From NCBI RefSeq assembly GCF_009834535.1, contig NC_045696.1, forward strand, positions 41,790,001-41,854,000: DNA of 64,000 nucleotides, written 5' to 3'. The position numbers and the translations under genes were made by a program. Below, piece after piece: positions 41,851 through 54,760 of the stretch (position 1 is its first letter; the number at the start of each line of letters is the position of its first letter). Under the pieces are notes generated by a model, which did no database searches, was not told the DNA's origin, and was given only the letters and a program-made list of their open reading frames with translations. Source of the DNA: Camelus ferus. Its lineage: Eukaryota.

Positions 41851-43454
41851 TATATGATGAAGCAGCCCACATTAGCCAGCCTCCTAAATTATTAAAGACT
41901 CGTATTAGAGTTAGGTATCTGAGACGCAGGTTTGAGATGGCACCATTATAGAAAAATTCCAGTCTAGATCTTCAGGGATACTCAATCCTATCCATAATCC
42001 ATTCCCTGTGTTACCATATCCCTCTAATCTACTTTCCAGTCCTCTGCCTTCCATCAACAGGCCTGGGAATCACAATCACCACCCTAAATGTCAATCCCTT
42101 CAGCTTATTACCTTGCTATTCTCTCAGTTCTCCTCACCCTACCTTTTCATCTACATGCTTTTGTTTTTTAAACTTGTTCCTTTAACACATGTCTTTTTAA
42201 CACTTTTTGTTTTGTTATATATATTTTTATTTTTATTGAAATAGAGTTGTCATCTACACTCTTCTCTATCTCTTCCCTAGCCCACCAAATTCCTTTCGAA
42301 AGTCAAAACAATTTCCTTAAATTCTAAAACATTTCCTTGAACATTTCCTCCACCTTAGTTTACCTGAATACCTTTTATTACTTTTTACTACATAAATTAT
42401 ATATCATAAATTATTGTTATATTATATAGCTTTTTATTGACCACACTATTTTTTTAAGACTCAAGAAGATTCTTGTCCCACTTATAAAAACAGAGGTAGG
42501 GATTAACAATCTCTTTCCTTCACCATTACATCCAATTAATATTCCATCTTTATTACAGTAACTCTTCCTTTAAAATTTCCAAAGTTGTATGTATTATTAC
42601 CTCACCCATATTTGTAATTGCCATGTACTGACCCAAGACCTTCTCCAACATTCCTAAAACACTCTCATATGTGATTCATAGCTTTCCTCTCTGATTAAAG
42701 TCGACCATCAAACGGAAGCTCTAAAACTTCCGAAAATCAACTCACTCAAGGTACGATGGACTCAATTTACTCTACTCCAACAAACTTCTACACAATCACA
42801 TCCCCATTTCAGCAACATGTATGCATGAATGGATTTAAGGAATACTGTTACACTTCTCAAATTCACATATGTGAACCTCTAATTCTACAACATACTATGT
42901 TTTGTCCTGTCCATTTCCTCACTCACACTGAACCCACTTTTCACCCCTCCATCTTGTAATACCCTTTAACCCTAAGTAAAACAATTCTTGCTTTTCCCCC
43001 AAATTCTTGCTCCTGGACTTCTTAGCACTGCTGAAGAAAGTCACATAATTGTTGGAACCACAACTGCTACCATCTACATACTCACACTTATGAGTATTTT
43101 TCAGACTTTGAAAGTCTTTCAAAATTAGTTAATAGTTCTTTTATTCATCCCTAATTGACCTCCTATTCTATTTTGAGCTCCAATACCACTTGAAGTCCCC
43201 TTTCTCAAAAGATGATCTTGCCTTCTACTTCACTTAGAAGCCAAGTCTGCAGTATCCTTAACTTTTCAAAATTTATCCTTATCTTTATCCCCTTACCTTC
43301 CTTCTCCATGTCTTAAAAAACTGTGCTTTGATTCCATCCTCCCCCATCTCTTCTGCAACCTTACCCTATCAATTATTTCCTACCTGGTATCTTTCTCTCC
43401 TCACTGACCGCTTCCCCACTCCAGACCAAGCTGGTTTTAATAGTCTTTTTTTAA

Positions 43455-43587
43455 GTTTTTTTTTTTTAAGTTTTTTGGGGGATAAGGTAATTAGGTTTAT
43501 TTATTTAATGGAGGTAATGGGTGATTGAACCCAGGACCTTGTGCTTGCTAGGCATGCACTCTACCACTGAGCTATACCCCACCCTCC
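43455..43587 (-). mobile_element. tRNA-derived SINE (Vic-1-like)
   Basis: attgaacccaggaccttgtgcttgctaggcatgcactctaccactgagctataccc is the reverse complement of the SINE head. Confidence 0.9.
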
Positions 43588-43604
43588 AAATAGTTTTTTT
43601 TTAA

Positions 43605-43843
43605 CATTTTTTATTGAGTTATAGTCATTTTACAATGTTGTATCAAATTCCAGTGTTAAGCACAATTTTTCAGTTATACATGAACGTACATATATTCATT
43701 GTCACATTTTTTTTCGCTGTGAGCTACAAGATCTTGTATATATTTCCCTGTGCTATACAGTATAATTTTGTTTATCTATTCTACATATGCCTGCCAGTAT
43801 CTACAAATTTTGAACTCCCAGTCTATCCCTTCCCACCCTCCTC
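43605..43843 (-). mobile_element. Short young L1 3' end
   Basis: Nearly identical to 51050-51227; bounded by AATAGTTTTTTTTTAA copies. Confidence 0.85.
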
Positions 43844-45379
43844 AAATAGTTTTTTTTTAATATTTTTTCTATCTAATTTCATACTCAAGCTTGTTCCAGA
43901 AATCTTTCCCTCACATCTCATTTTGTTTCCTCACCACCACTCATTCATTTAGCCTCCTGAAATCTTTTGTCCATACTGCTCTACTAACTAAAATCAGTGG
44001 TAAAAAAGTAATCTCCTAATTGCCAAATCCAGCATCCTCCAACTATTTAACTCTCTGATTCACATTGCTTTTTACTCTCCTCCCTTGCTTCCGAAGAGTA
44101 TCACATGCCTTCTAACCTGCCTATCTAACTGCTTACCAGTGTCTCTTCCTCCCTACTTTGAAATTAAATATACGTGATCCAAGACTTTTCTCACTCCATA
44201 CGGTTTCTGCAGGTAATTCTATTCATTCCAATGGCTTCAGCTAACATCACTGCAAATAAAGTAGTTTTATCATGATGAATTGTAGATTCTGGTTTTGAAT
44301 TTCAATTATGGTTCATTAGACTTAATGTAAAATATGCAGACATCACCTGGGCCTACTGAAAAAAGAAAGGTGTATATCATTATGGGACACCAGATGCTCA
44401 AGACGAAACTAGGGGAGAAGGGAAGAGTTTCAAAATTAAGCAAGTCTGAGAAACACTGCATGTTCAGTCACTCTCCTGGAGGGGCAAAATGTACAGCAGT
44501 AGAGCAAAAGATCTGAAAAATCCTGAAGTAAATAAATTTTTCCTGTAACAGTTGTCACACTTATTTGTCCATGAAACCTTTTTTCCAAGTAAGGTTCACT
44601 AACATCCTATGACAGTAAAAGAGGTTAAAACTATATATTTTGTAATCAAAAGACCAGATTTTGAATCCTGGCTCTGCTTCTTACTTACATTGCTAACAGT
44701 TGCTTACCCTGCCTAAATTCCAGGGTCCCAACTGTAAATCAGAAATAATAACCACCTCAGAAGGCTTTTGAAAGAATTATAAAGTTTCCAAAATTCTTAG
44801 CAGACTTATTAGTATATAAGTACTCAAAAAACATATGTATCCTTAACTACAAATGAGAATAAACACAGATCTCCAAGGATTTTGCCTGCACAGGTGATAA
44901 TAGGAAATTTACTTCAACTTTCCTGTTTTAATTCAAAAATTCATTTGAAAATTGTGACCTATGACTTTAACATATCTGTTATACTTTTATTGTTGTTGTT
45001 GGCAAACATTTCTAATGGTCATTCTCCCTTGAGTGACCCATGCATTTAAATCATTTCATTCAACTTTCAGTAAACCTGTTTCTGGTGCCAATAATTTTTT
45101 ATCTGTGTCCCCACCTAATTCACAGCTTAGATACGCTGTGAACTTGAAAATAAGATATTCATCTTTTGGGCAGTTATAAATAATTTAAACACAAAGTTTC
45201 AATATAGTATGAAGAAAGGTTTCAGAAGCTTCTCATGAGTGATCTTTAGCATACAAACTTTCATTTTTACTCTCATGCTTACAAGTGTATTATACTTAAT
45301 TCCTGCTTCATGACCACATTCCAGAAAAGTAGGGTAATCAGAGTTTTTGTGGGTCTTCTACAGAGGGAATTTTTCTTTA

Positions 45380-45725
45380 TTAAGTCATTTTAAAACAAAC
45401 AATAAACATATTGCATGTTAACATACCTAAAATATTTTAAAATAACATCATTTCCCCCCCAAATTAGAATGGCATTATTTTACTTTTCGCAAATCTCTTT
45501 AACATCTGGCTTAATAAAAAGCAGATGATTTCCCCTATATGCTTCTGTATTCAATTTGCTGTGATACATGTCATGTAGCCTCTGGAAAAACTCTACTGAA
45601 CACACGTGGGAGAATACGAGGAAAAGGCAAACAATGGCTTAAAATTATGAAAAACTTTGACCTCACAGACCCAAAAAGGTCCCAGGGAACCCAGAGGTCA
45701 CCAGGCCACACCTTGAGAACCAGTG
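45380..45725. mobile_element. hAT-Charlie DNA transposon fragment
   Basis: catgtagcctctggaaaaactc...tttgacctcacagacc...ccacaccttgagaacca terminus. Confidence 0.65.
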
Positions 45726-47599
45726 CCTAAAATAAATACAGTCATGCCAGAAGCTATCCAACTCCTACAGTTATCAGTTATGCGAGTCCACAAACACTCA
45801 TTTTATGTTTTGCTTAAGCCAGCCGGAATGGGGCTTCTACTGCTTGCAACTACAAGAGTTCTGAGCAAAATGAAGGAACCCTTCATAGTTCTTCCTTGTT
45901 CAGAAAGAAGTTCAGGGAAACCTAGTGAAGTTTCACAGAGGAAACTTGAAACTTGTGTCTTGTTTTCTCTTTCTATTGCCATCCACCTTCTTTATACCTC
46001 TAACATTTAATTCTTCCTGTTTTATTAATCAAATTCCTATCTTTGGATACTTCTGAAATTCTCATGACCATAAATATCACTTCCAGTCATTTGAGATCCA
46101 GCTAGCAACCCTCCTAATGAAATGGCAACTGCATGCATATAAATGTCACACAGAATTCAAAATTCCTTTAAACCAACTGATCATTTGTTTTATTTCTGAG
46201 AATTTATGTGAGAAAATTAAATCTACACTATTAAGAAAAGAATCATTCCTAAAAATTAATATTCATCTCTTAAAACCAGATAAATACTGGAGAACAGCTA
46301 GGTAATATGAGATTTGAGACTGGTTTTTATTATATGTTAATAATTACTTTTCAGAAAGGACAGTTAGTTCCAAAAGGGAAGTTAGCAGGAGAAAAAAAAA
46401 ATCCTCCCCAGAGAGAGAACACACAAATATCAATGCCTTTTAAGAATTAACAATTTTAATCTCCAATTTTACTTCCCACAACTACTTGCACCAAATTAAC
46501 ATAAACAAATAAATGAATATATCTAAGTGTAACCAGGTAAAGAGGGTGGGATGTGCTCAAAGACAAGTCTAACATCTTACCTCTCTCCCAGAAAAAATGT
46601 ATTAAGTCAAGACGAAATGCATTTATTGAAAAAAGGTTGTGCATCTTCAACAAAGATATGATTACTGCTAAAGTTCTGCGTTAGGAAGCACACAAATGAC
46701 ACCAGATAAACACTGTGAATTTTTCTAATGTGTCCATTTTACTTAAAGGCTTTAGGGGACAAAAGTATATTAAAACAAACATCGATCCATTGGAGGCATA
46801 TACATACATATATGTGTGTATATATGTATATGTAATACATACATATACTTTCAAAGGCAAAGAATATCTCTAAAATACACGCGCACACACACACACACAT
46901 ACACAAAAGGGTATATACACTGTTTGCTTATGAAAAGGCAATTACAGGTTTTCAACTGCTTCAGGCAATGTCCCTGAGTTCCATGTTCACTCTCCTTTGT
47001 GGATAAGGCCAAAAAAAGTTTGAGACGCACTACCACAAAGGCACTCCTAAATAAATATGGAATTGTTAAGACTGCCTATGCAACAATAGACGGCACAATA
47101 AGAAATGAGAAAATGAAATGAAATGATCGATGCAACGGCTGTTGTATACTAGACTGTAAGCTGAGACCTCGTCCCCCCTACTTTGGTAGGTCTACAGGAC
47201 TTAACACAGAAATTGCGGTACCCTTATTGGATGAGATCTTTAACAAAAACTTGTTGACTGGGAGGAACTCAACCTCACGTCTTACAACTCCACTTTTGTG
47301 CTTTTAAGATGTTGTACCCAAAACTGAAGATAGTCATTTAACTCATAAAGGAACTTCAAAAACAAAAATATGCTGAGAATAAAAACACAGTGAAACACGG
47401 CTTCAAATCCTTTGTGCGACTCTTTAATCACTTTTGGAAGAAGGGAGAAGCTAGAAAAGAAAAAGGGTTATTGAGCAGGCCCGCTCAAAAGAACAAGACA
47501 CGTTGCAGCGTTTATACCAGGAATATAGCGTCTATTAGCAAACCCCGCCTCTCCTTTGCAGCCACTTCTACCTGCCTGGAGGTGGGGGTGGGGGGGTAA

Positions 47600-48400
47600 G
47601 ACATAGGCAAAGCCGAGAATCAAAGAAAGGGGAAAGCGGGGTCAGGCGCTGGGAAGCTGGAAATGAAACTGGAACATTGGTGGAATTATGAGGAAGGCGT
47701 GGCAGGAGAGCCGCAAGCCAACCGGGAAGATCCGTGGGCCGACGAGACACAAGCAAGGTGCTCGCCGGAGGAGGAGGAAAATGAAAGGGGTACTGAGGTG
47801 AAGAGTAGGCGAGGCTTTGATGACAGCTCGGACTGGGTCTTCGACTCGCAGGGGCCAGGGAGATCCCGGAGTCTTCCATTGTGCGCGCCCCTCCGCTCCC
47901 TCCCCTCCCGTCTCCTCCCCTCCCTTCCCCGCCCCCGCCGGAGTCCGAGCCCGAGCCCTCGCAGCTCCGGGCCGCAGCGCCCGTCGCCGTCAGAACCTCT
48001 CATTTGCCCAAGGTAGGAGACGATATGCTCAGCCCTCGACCCTTTCTCACCGGATGGAGCTCGCCGTCGCCCGGCCTTCTCCTTGTCCATCTTCTCCTCC
48101 TCCCGCTGGATTCGCAGTTGCTGTCGCTGTCAAGACCCCTCAGGCTGGGGGAGGGAGGGGGAGGGGAGAGGAAAAAAAAAAAAAGCCAGGAAAGGGTGAA
48201 CTGCGCCTGCGCAAGAGCCGTCGCCGCCTGCCCTCAGGCCGGAAGTTGGCCGCCCCTCCCACCGCCACCCGGAAATCACTTCCTGGGACTTGTTTTCTCT
48301 TCGGGTTACCCGCTCCGTTGCTCTTTTGGTGTTTTTCTCATCTTCTGCCACAACGGGAAACTGAGGCTGGGTGCGACCTTTTAGCCCGAGATCATAAAGG
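47600..48400. promoter_or_regulatory. CpG island, SENP7 promoter, probably bidirectional
   Basis: Abrupt GC/CpG-rich segment in an AT-rich background. NRF1-like TGCGCCTGCGCA at 48202-48213; ETS/GABP-type CCGGAAGT at 48239-48246, CCGGAAAT at 48269-48276 and ACTTCCTG at 48278-48285. Confidence 0.88.
48051..48090 (-). CDS. SENP7: SENP7 (SUMO-specific peptidase 7) coding exon 1, MDKEKAGRRRAPS+G(AA)
   Basis: ATG at 48090-48088 inside a CpG island; 40 nt to donor G|GTGAG (plus-strand ctcac 48046-48050). The peptide resembles the recalled SENP7 N-terminus (MDKRKLGRRPSSSE). Phase 1 matches the next exon. Confidence 0.93.
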
Positions 48401-49488
48401 CGTTGTTGACTTTGAAGATTAGGTTGATTAAAAATTAAAGAGGGGAAACTTTAGGAATTCCTCCACTTTACTGGAGGGGACCCCAGAAATATGAGAATAA
48501 AACATTACTCCTTTTGAATTATTACTTCCCCCACGGCCTTTCCTATATATTTGTCCTCAAGGGGCTTCCTCAAACACAGAAACAAAAAGATTTAAAGACA
48601 ACAAAAGTCAATGGCCTAGCTATTGGTTTAACAGTTGGGAGTGGAAATAAATTAGCTCAGCTGAGGGAAAAAATGTAATTATAGAAAGGATCTCTCTTAC
48701 GATTCAAACTCACCATTTTTAAAGACCCAGGGGGAAAAAGATAAGCTGGACCTCCATTTTTAAGAAACATAAAATGCTGAGGTGCTAGAAAGTGAGTGGC
48801 TGTAAATGAATTTGTTCAACTTTTATTACAGCATTTAAGGGAATAACCCTGACCTCAATGAACTCCAAGTCCCGTACTTTTAGACTGATTTTTTTTTTAG
48901 TTCTGTTATATGGCCTATCAATTTAGAAAACTGTCCTATCTTATTAGCCATAAGGTACATACTTGAATAATTTTTTTCAATGTATAGGCTTTAATCAGAA
49001 TAAGTTAAACAAAATTTAGCAGAGCGCTCCAATCAGGCAAAATGATATTGGAGTGTTTTACGAGTTTAACATCCGCTTCCCCTCCTCCATTTTACCAAGG
49101 CTGGTAAAAGGAGTTTCCCAACTTCACCACTAGAGCCCAGACTCGAGCTTCTCCAGCCCTGCGTCTTAAATACTGTATTTGGTCTCTGCTAAAAATAGAG
49201 GTAAGCCTCCAGGTGCTAAGGCCTGTTGAGCTGGGGGGAGTGTCTTACAAGGCAGGAATGGCTGAAAAGCAGAATACGTCAGGGCTTGCTGAGAATGAAA
49301 TTCACTACAAGGCTTTCATTTAGAAACTCTAGTTTATTTCTGTTTAACAAATAAAAGCTCTCCTTACTGAAAAATTTCTGAATTTTGTTTCCTCATACAT
49401 CAACCTTCTTAATTCAATGATTTAACTCAAAAATCAAACTTGCCTAATTTATCAGTTGATGATATAGGAAACAAATAAACTGCAAAAG

Positions 49489-49530
49489 ATGGAAATAGAA
49501 CTGAGAGATGGAAACATAACAAAGGAAATT
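49489..49530 (+). CDS. FAM172B: Predicted first coding micro-exon of FAM172B, MEIELRDGNITKEI
   Basis: aagATGG strong Kozak context; in-frame upstream TAG at 49465-49467; 14 codons followed by a consensus donor |gtaagt at 49531. Phase 0 matches the acceptor at 57210|57211. Possible acceptor tttatcag| at 49455. Confidence 0.65.
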
Positions 49531-51045
49531 GTAAGTACGAGGAATACATTTCCGTCCAAACTGACAGCTTCCATAAAAGTAAGTGGTTTTAAAGTTTAGC
49601 AGTAAGAAGTGAACCTATGAGAAATGAAATTATAAAGTTAATCAAATTATTCAGCTTGCAAATGTATCATTTAAACTTATTGAATATAGCATTTCTGCAA
49701 GTAAAGGTGTAGTGAGTCAGTGTATTTTTTTATTTTGAAGCTGGTTTTGCTTAACATATTTGAAGGTAAATGACCTTTAAGCTCAAGAATTTCAAATTTG
49801 CTTTTTAAACCAGTATTTTTATTTAGTTTTAACAATCTCTACTGCTCAGTTGACTGTATTGCAAACAACTAAAGGATTAAAAAATTTAGTTTCTACTTTT
49901 GAGGGAGTCATTTAACAACCTCACTTTGCCTATCATGATAGACTATTATGATCTTTTATAGTGTTTTATGATATTAAGGTGAAAACTTCCATATTTTAAA
50001 AGAAAGAAGAAAAATCAAAAAAAGTGAATGACTTAGTATGTTTGGGGATAAGTTAATTTATTTTATGTACATTTAGCTCACAGTGTATAAAGCCTTTTAA
50101 ATTAAGATTTAAGATTAGAAATTCATCAGCCCAGTATTTTGTAATACAAAATTTGATCTTAATGAGCATGGTTCTTTATTGAGTGTTAAAAGTGCATATA
50201 AAGTGTTTAAATTAGGTATTCAATGTATTTTTGTTTTAAGCAATGGGTGTGGTTTTAATAGTTTCAAGACACAGTGGCAGTGTGAAATATATCAACTCTT
50301 TATTTTATCCCCTTGATTAACAATTTCTTTGAAGAGAGCTTAATGAAAATAAAGACCCTTTCTCTTCACAAGTGAATTAACTTTAAGTATAATATGAATG
50401 TAAATAGACATGGTTGGGCACTGGGTACAGACTGATCCTAAACTATGTTAAAAATTAAAATGAACAATCTAGAATTCCTTACCATAGGCTCCCAGAATGC
50501 CTAGATTTTGCAAAGACATTCGGAGCACTGTGTCATATTGCTATTAGCCTCATTTTCATTCATAGTTGAATCTTATCTTTAAAATATTGAGAATTCTTAC
50601 ATGAAGGAAGTTTTTCTTCCAGGTATAAGTGAAGTAACACATGATTTCATGAAAAAAATGAGTATAGGTTTTTTGGTTTCAAGGATATCTTCCTTTTTAA
50701 GACAATGAACAGTTTTAACTGCTCTGCAATATAATAGCCTGTTCCCAGAAGTTATGAAAACCTGAAGTGTCTCAAGGTATTTAAGCAGCAGATGGTTTTG
50801 TCTAGGAGGCTATAAAAGGACAAACCTTTAACCTAAGTTCCCTAAACTGTCACTGAGCTCTGGTGCTGAGCCCAGGGTATTCTGTACATACACCACTAAC
50901 TTCTTTGGAGTGTTCTATCTTAAAATGTGATATTAGTGTTTCTATGCCTTAATCCATTTGGTTGATTTTAATAGAAAATTTTCATTTTATGTAACTATTT
51001 AGTAAAACTGAGGCTTTAGACAGTCTTCTTTATCCTTTATCTTTT

Positions 51046-51227
51046 TTTAAAACATTTTTTAATTGAGTTATAGTCATTTTACAATGTTGTCTCAATTTCC
51101 AATGTAGAGCACAATTTTTCAGTTATACATGAACATACATATATTCATTGTCGCATTTTTTTCGCTGTGAGCTACCACAAGATCTTGTATATATTTCCCT
51201 GTGCTATACAATATAATCTTGTTTATC
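51046..51227 (-). mobile_element. Short young L1 3' end
   Basis: Perfect 15-bp TSD TATCCTTTATCTTTT at 51031-51045 and 51228-51242. Confidence 0.88.
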
Positions 51228-52294
51228 TATCCTTTATCTTTTGGCACCCACTTACCTCTGAATAATCGCAATCAAGAAGCATAGGATCTAGGATTGGACA
51301 GTCAGTAAATCCAAAATCTAGCTGTCAGAATTTAACAGTTTCCCAGAAAGATATACCAAGTTAAAAAAAAAAAGAATAAAACTAAACTGCCAAACTATAG
51401 GCCCCAGGGCTGCACGCTTAGGAGATAACAACCATAAAGAAATACAAAGCATTGATTTCTATATGATTTCTGTAAAGTTCAGAGAGTGGTTGCTTGAAGG
51501 CATTTTAGGGGTGGCTGGCAAAGCTAAAAGTTTCTCCTCATAATTCACCAATTAGTTTTCTAAGAAATTTTCCTGGAAGATTTGATTTCATACTCAAATT
51601 TGGGAAACTCAAGATTTGTGACACCTGATTTTTTTTCTATCTCTGATACCCCATTTTCTATGCCTCAGGTGGATTAAATTAAGCTTCTTTAGTATTTCCT
51701 GGGGAGAGGTAGGCAAGGGGAAGGGTATTTGGGGAAAGGGATTTAGTTTGCTCTTTTTTCAGACTTTCACATATATAATTCCATTAGCTCTGTCATTTTC
51801 TACAATTTACTGAATGGAATTGTATACTGGCATAATTGTTTTTCTGAAAAAAATGCTCATTGCATTTCTCTGTTGGGGAAATAAAAATCGTGGTACCAAA
51901 ACAGTCAATCTTAAAATACGTTTTTCAGGGTTTTTTTTCTTTCTGTTTCATTTTGTTTTTCTAAGTATATAAATAAATAAAAACATGTTCATTTTAATAA
52001 GTATCTTTAGATACTTTTTAATTTTCTGAGTGAAATATCCCTCATTCTGTGCTTCAACCTCTTTCTTAAGAATACCAAACGACTGTAATCACTGTAATAG
52101 GGTATATTACTGTGTAACCTGAGGTTAAATCCTAACTTCTCAGGTTGTAAAATCATATTTTCATAAAAGCTTACTAATCACTTGTGAAAAATATTGTTAC
52201 ATATAACCAGTTTATGATCCTAGAGAGGGAGTTCCTTAAAACCAAAATAAACTAAATTTTTTGCATCTGTGATTCTATTGCCCAACCACACTCT

Positions 52295-52535
52295 TCTTGT
52301 CAAATTCATAAAGACAGAAAGTAGAATGGTTTGCCAGGGGCTGAGGCTAAGGGGAAATATAAAATTATAGCTTACTAAGCACAAAGTTAAAGTTTCGCAA
52401 GATGAAAAATGTTCTATGGATGGAGGGCAGTAATGGTTGCACAACAATGTGAATGTACTCAATGCCCCTGAACTGCCCATGTAAAAATGGTTAACATTGT
52501 AAATTTTAGTATGGTTTACCATGATTTTTAAAATA
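52295..52535 (+). mobile_element. L1MB-like 3' end fragment
   Basis: gacagaaagtagaatggtttgccagggg...acaacaatgtgaatgtactcaatgcc. Confidence 0.8.
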
Positions 52536-53199
52536 ATTATAGCCATACCTAGAGCAAAAACTAACAGCTGTGTCACCACCTAATCCAGGAAGGACCTAAT
52601 TTGAAATTCTCATTAATGATTATATGTTATTCTCCTTTAAAAGAAAAATTCATTCAACATAAAATGACTAGACTACTTGACATAGGAAACTAAGCTAACA
52701 AATACCCTCACCAAATTTTTGGTGAATGAATCAAATAAAAACTCAAATACTATGCATTTTTAAGAACACTGATTAAAAATTAACATTCTCTCAGGCTTGT
52801 GGAGCTGCCTGAGTTATTCTGGGCATATCACTTTACCTTTAAAAGCATCACTTATATAAAATAAACATACTAGCTAAGAATATCGATAACATCTTTTTAG
52901 CTCTGAAATTCTTATTTTTGAAGTTAAGCTATCTTATTCCAACCCATTCTTTAGAAAACTAAGCATGTAAAACAGTTTGATTCTCTCCTTTATGTTAATG
53001 GACCATCTCAATTTGAAAAAAGAAAACAAACATATACAGATGCATATGATATTCTTTAAGAATAATGAATAAATCAACATTTATCAGCCTTAGAATTATA
53101 GAAGAAGCCTCTATAATTTTTCAAAAGTTTTGTATGCATCTTTCTCCTGTGTATACAGCTAGAGGATTTTGCTCTTACTTATGCTCTTATCAAAAACCA

Positions 53200-54760
53200 T
53201 AAAATTGTAACAGTATTTAAATACATACTATACCAGGCACTATTCCAAGAACTAGTGAACAAAACAAAGTCCTTGTCCCTACTGTCATGGAACTTACATT
53301 CTAATGAGGAGAAACAGACAATAAGCATGTTTATGTCAGTTGATAATAAGTACAAAAGAAAAGAAAGAGGAAGGAGGGAGAAGGAGGAAGGAAGGAAGGA
53401 GGAAAGTGAAGTATCATAGATAGACAGGGTGTAAGGAAGGACTGGAGGGGATTGCCCTTTCAGATAGAATGCTCAGAGAGCTACTCTGGTCAGATAACTG
53501 TTGGGCAGAAACTTGAAGGAAGTGAAGCCCTATAGATATATAGGGCAAACGTGCTCCAAGCTGTGGGCATAGCAAGGGGGATGCCCTTAATCAGGAGCTT
53601 GCTTCACAAGTTGGCGGCAAAGAAGCCAGGTGTGGCTAGAGTGAAGTAAGCAATAGAGTGGTGGGAAATGATACCTGAGCAAGAGCTGAGGGTCAGATCA
53701 TGTAGCTAGATGAGTAAGCAAGTGCAACAAATGGAGGGAAATGACCTAGGAGAGCTATGGTGAGGACTTTTATTCTGTGTGCTATGGTATATTTATACAA
53801 TGGAATAGTACTCAGCCATAAAAAATAAAATAATGCCATTTGCGACCTGGAGAGTGTTATTCTAAGTGAAGTAAGCCAGAAAGAGAAAGAAAAATACTAT
53901 ATGATGTCACTTATATCTAAATAATCTTTTAAAAATCTAAAAAAAAAGAACTTATTTATAAAACAGAAACAGACTCACAGACATAGAAAACAAACTTATG
54001 GTTACCAGGGAGGGAAGGGAGTGGGAAGGGATAAATTGGGAGTTCAAGATTTACAGATACTAACTACTATATATAAAACAGATAAACAGTAAGTTTATAC
54101 TATATAGCACAGGGAACTATATTCAATACCTTATAGTAACCTATAATGAAAAAGAATATGAAAATGAATATATGTATTATATATATGACTGAACTATTAT
54201 GCTGTACACTAGAAATTAACACAACATTGTAAACTGACTATACTTCAATTTAAAACAAAAGGAAAAAGAGGAGACAACTGAGAATTTTGAGCAGCGGTGT
54301 GGGATCTAATGTAGATGTTTTGAAAAGATCATCCTAGCCACATGCCAGGAAATAAGAGTTTAGGCAAAGAGATTGGATAGGAAGCTTAATAATGAAGGTG
54401 AGTGTTGATAGTGACTTGGACTAGAGCTAGGGGAGTAGAGAGGGAGGGGTGATAGGTGATTAGATTTCAGATATATTTCAAATAAGAGAGCCTGTAGACT
54501 TGCTAATTGATCAGATGAGATGTGTGAAAGAGAAAAGAAGTTTGCAGCACTGGCAACTGAAAGAATGGAGTTATCACTAACTAAGATGGGCAAGATGAGA
54601 GTGAGAGTAGATTGAAGGGAGTGCTTTGGGCGCATTAAGTTTGAGATGGCTATTTGACATTAAAGTAAATATATCACGTAAACAGATAATGAATTCAGGG
54701 GAGAGTTACATGTTGGAATATATTAGCCAAGCAAAATGTGCTACAGTGAACTCTAGAGAA
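53200..54760 (-). mobile_element. L2 fragment with a nested young L1 3' end (about 53785-54260, + strand)
   Basis: catggaacttacattctaatgaggagaaacagacaataa and aaagatcatcctagc L2 motifs; L1 3'UTR gggataaattgggagttcaagatttacagatac. Confidence 0.75.

Noticed and set aside
46575..46670. Possible cryptic SENP7 exon (minus-strand donor GAG|gtaaga near 46578)
   Set aside because: Weak acceptor context and no other support.
3151..46700. Numerous 60-120 aa ORFs in the intronic region
   Set aside because: They map to L1/LTR remnants or their antisense strands, or are AT-rich chance ORFs, many with non-ATG starts.
47568..48422. Overlapping 100-200 aa ORFs on both strands in the CpG island
   Set aside because: Stop-poor GC-rich sequence giving low-complexity Pro/Arg/Ser peptides. 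Only the first 40 nt of the 48090 ORF is supported, as SENP7 exon 1.
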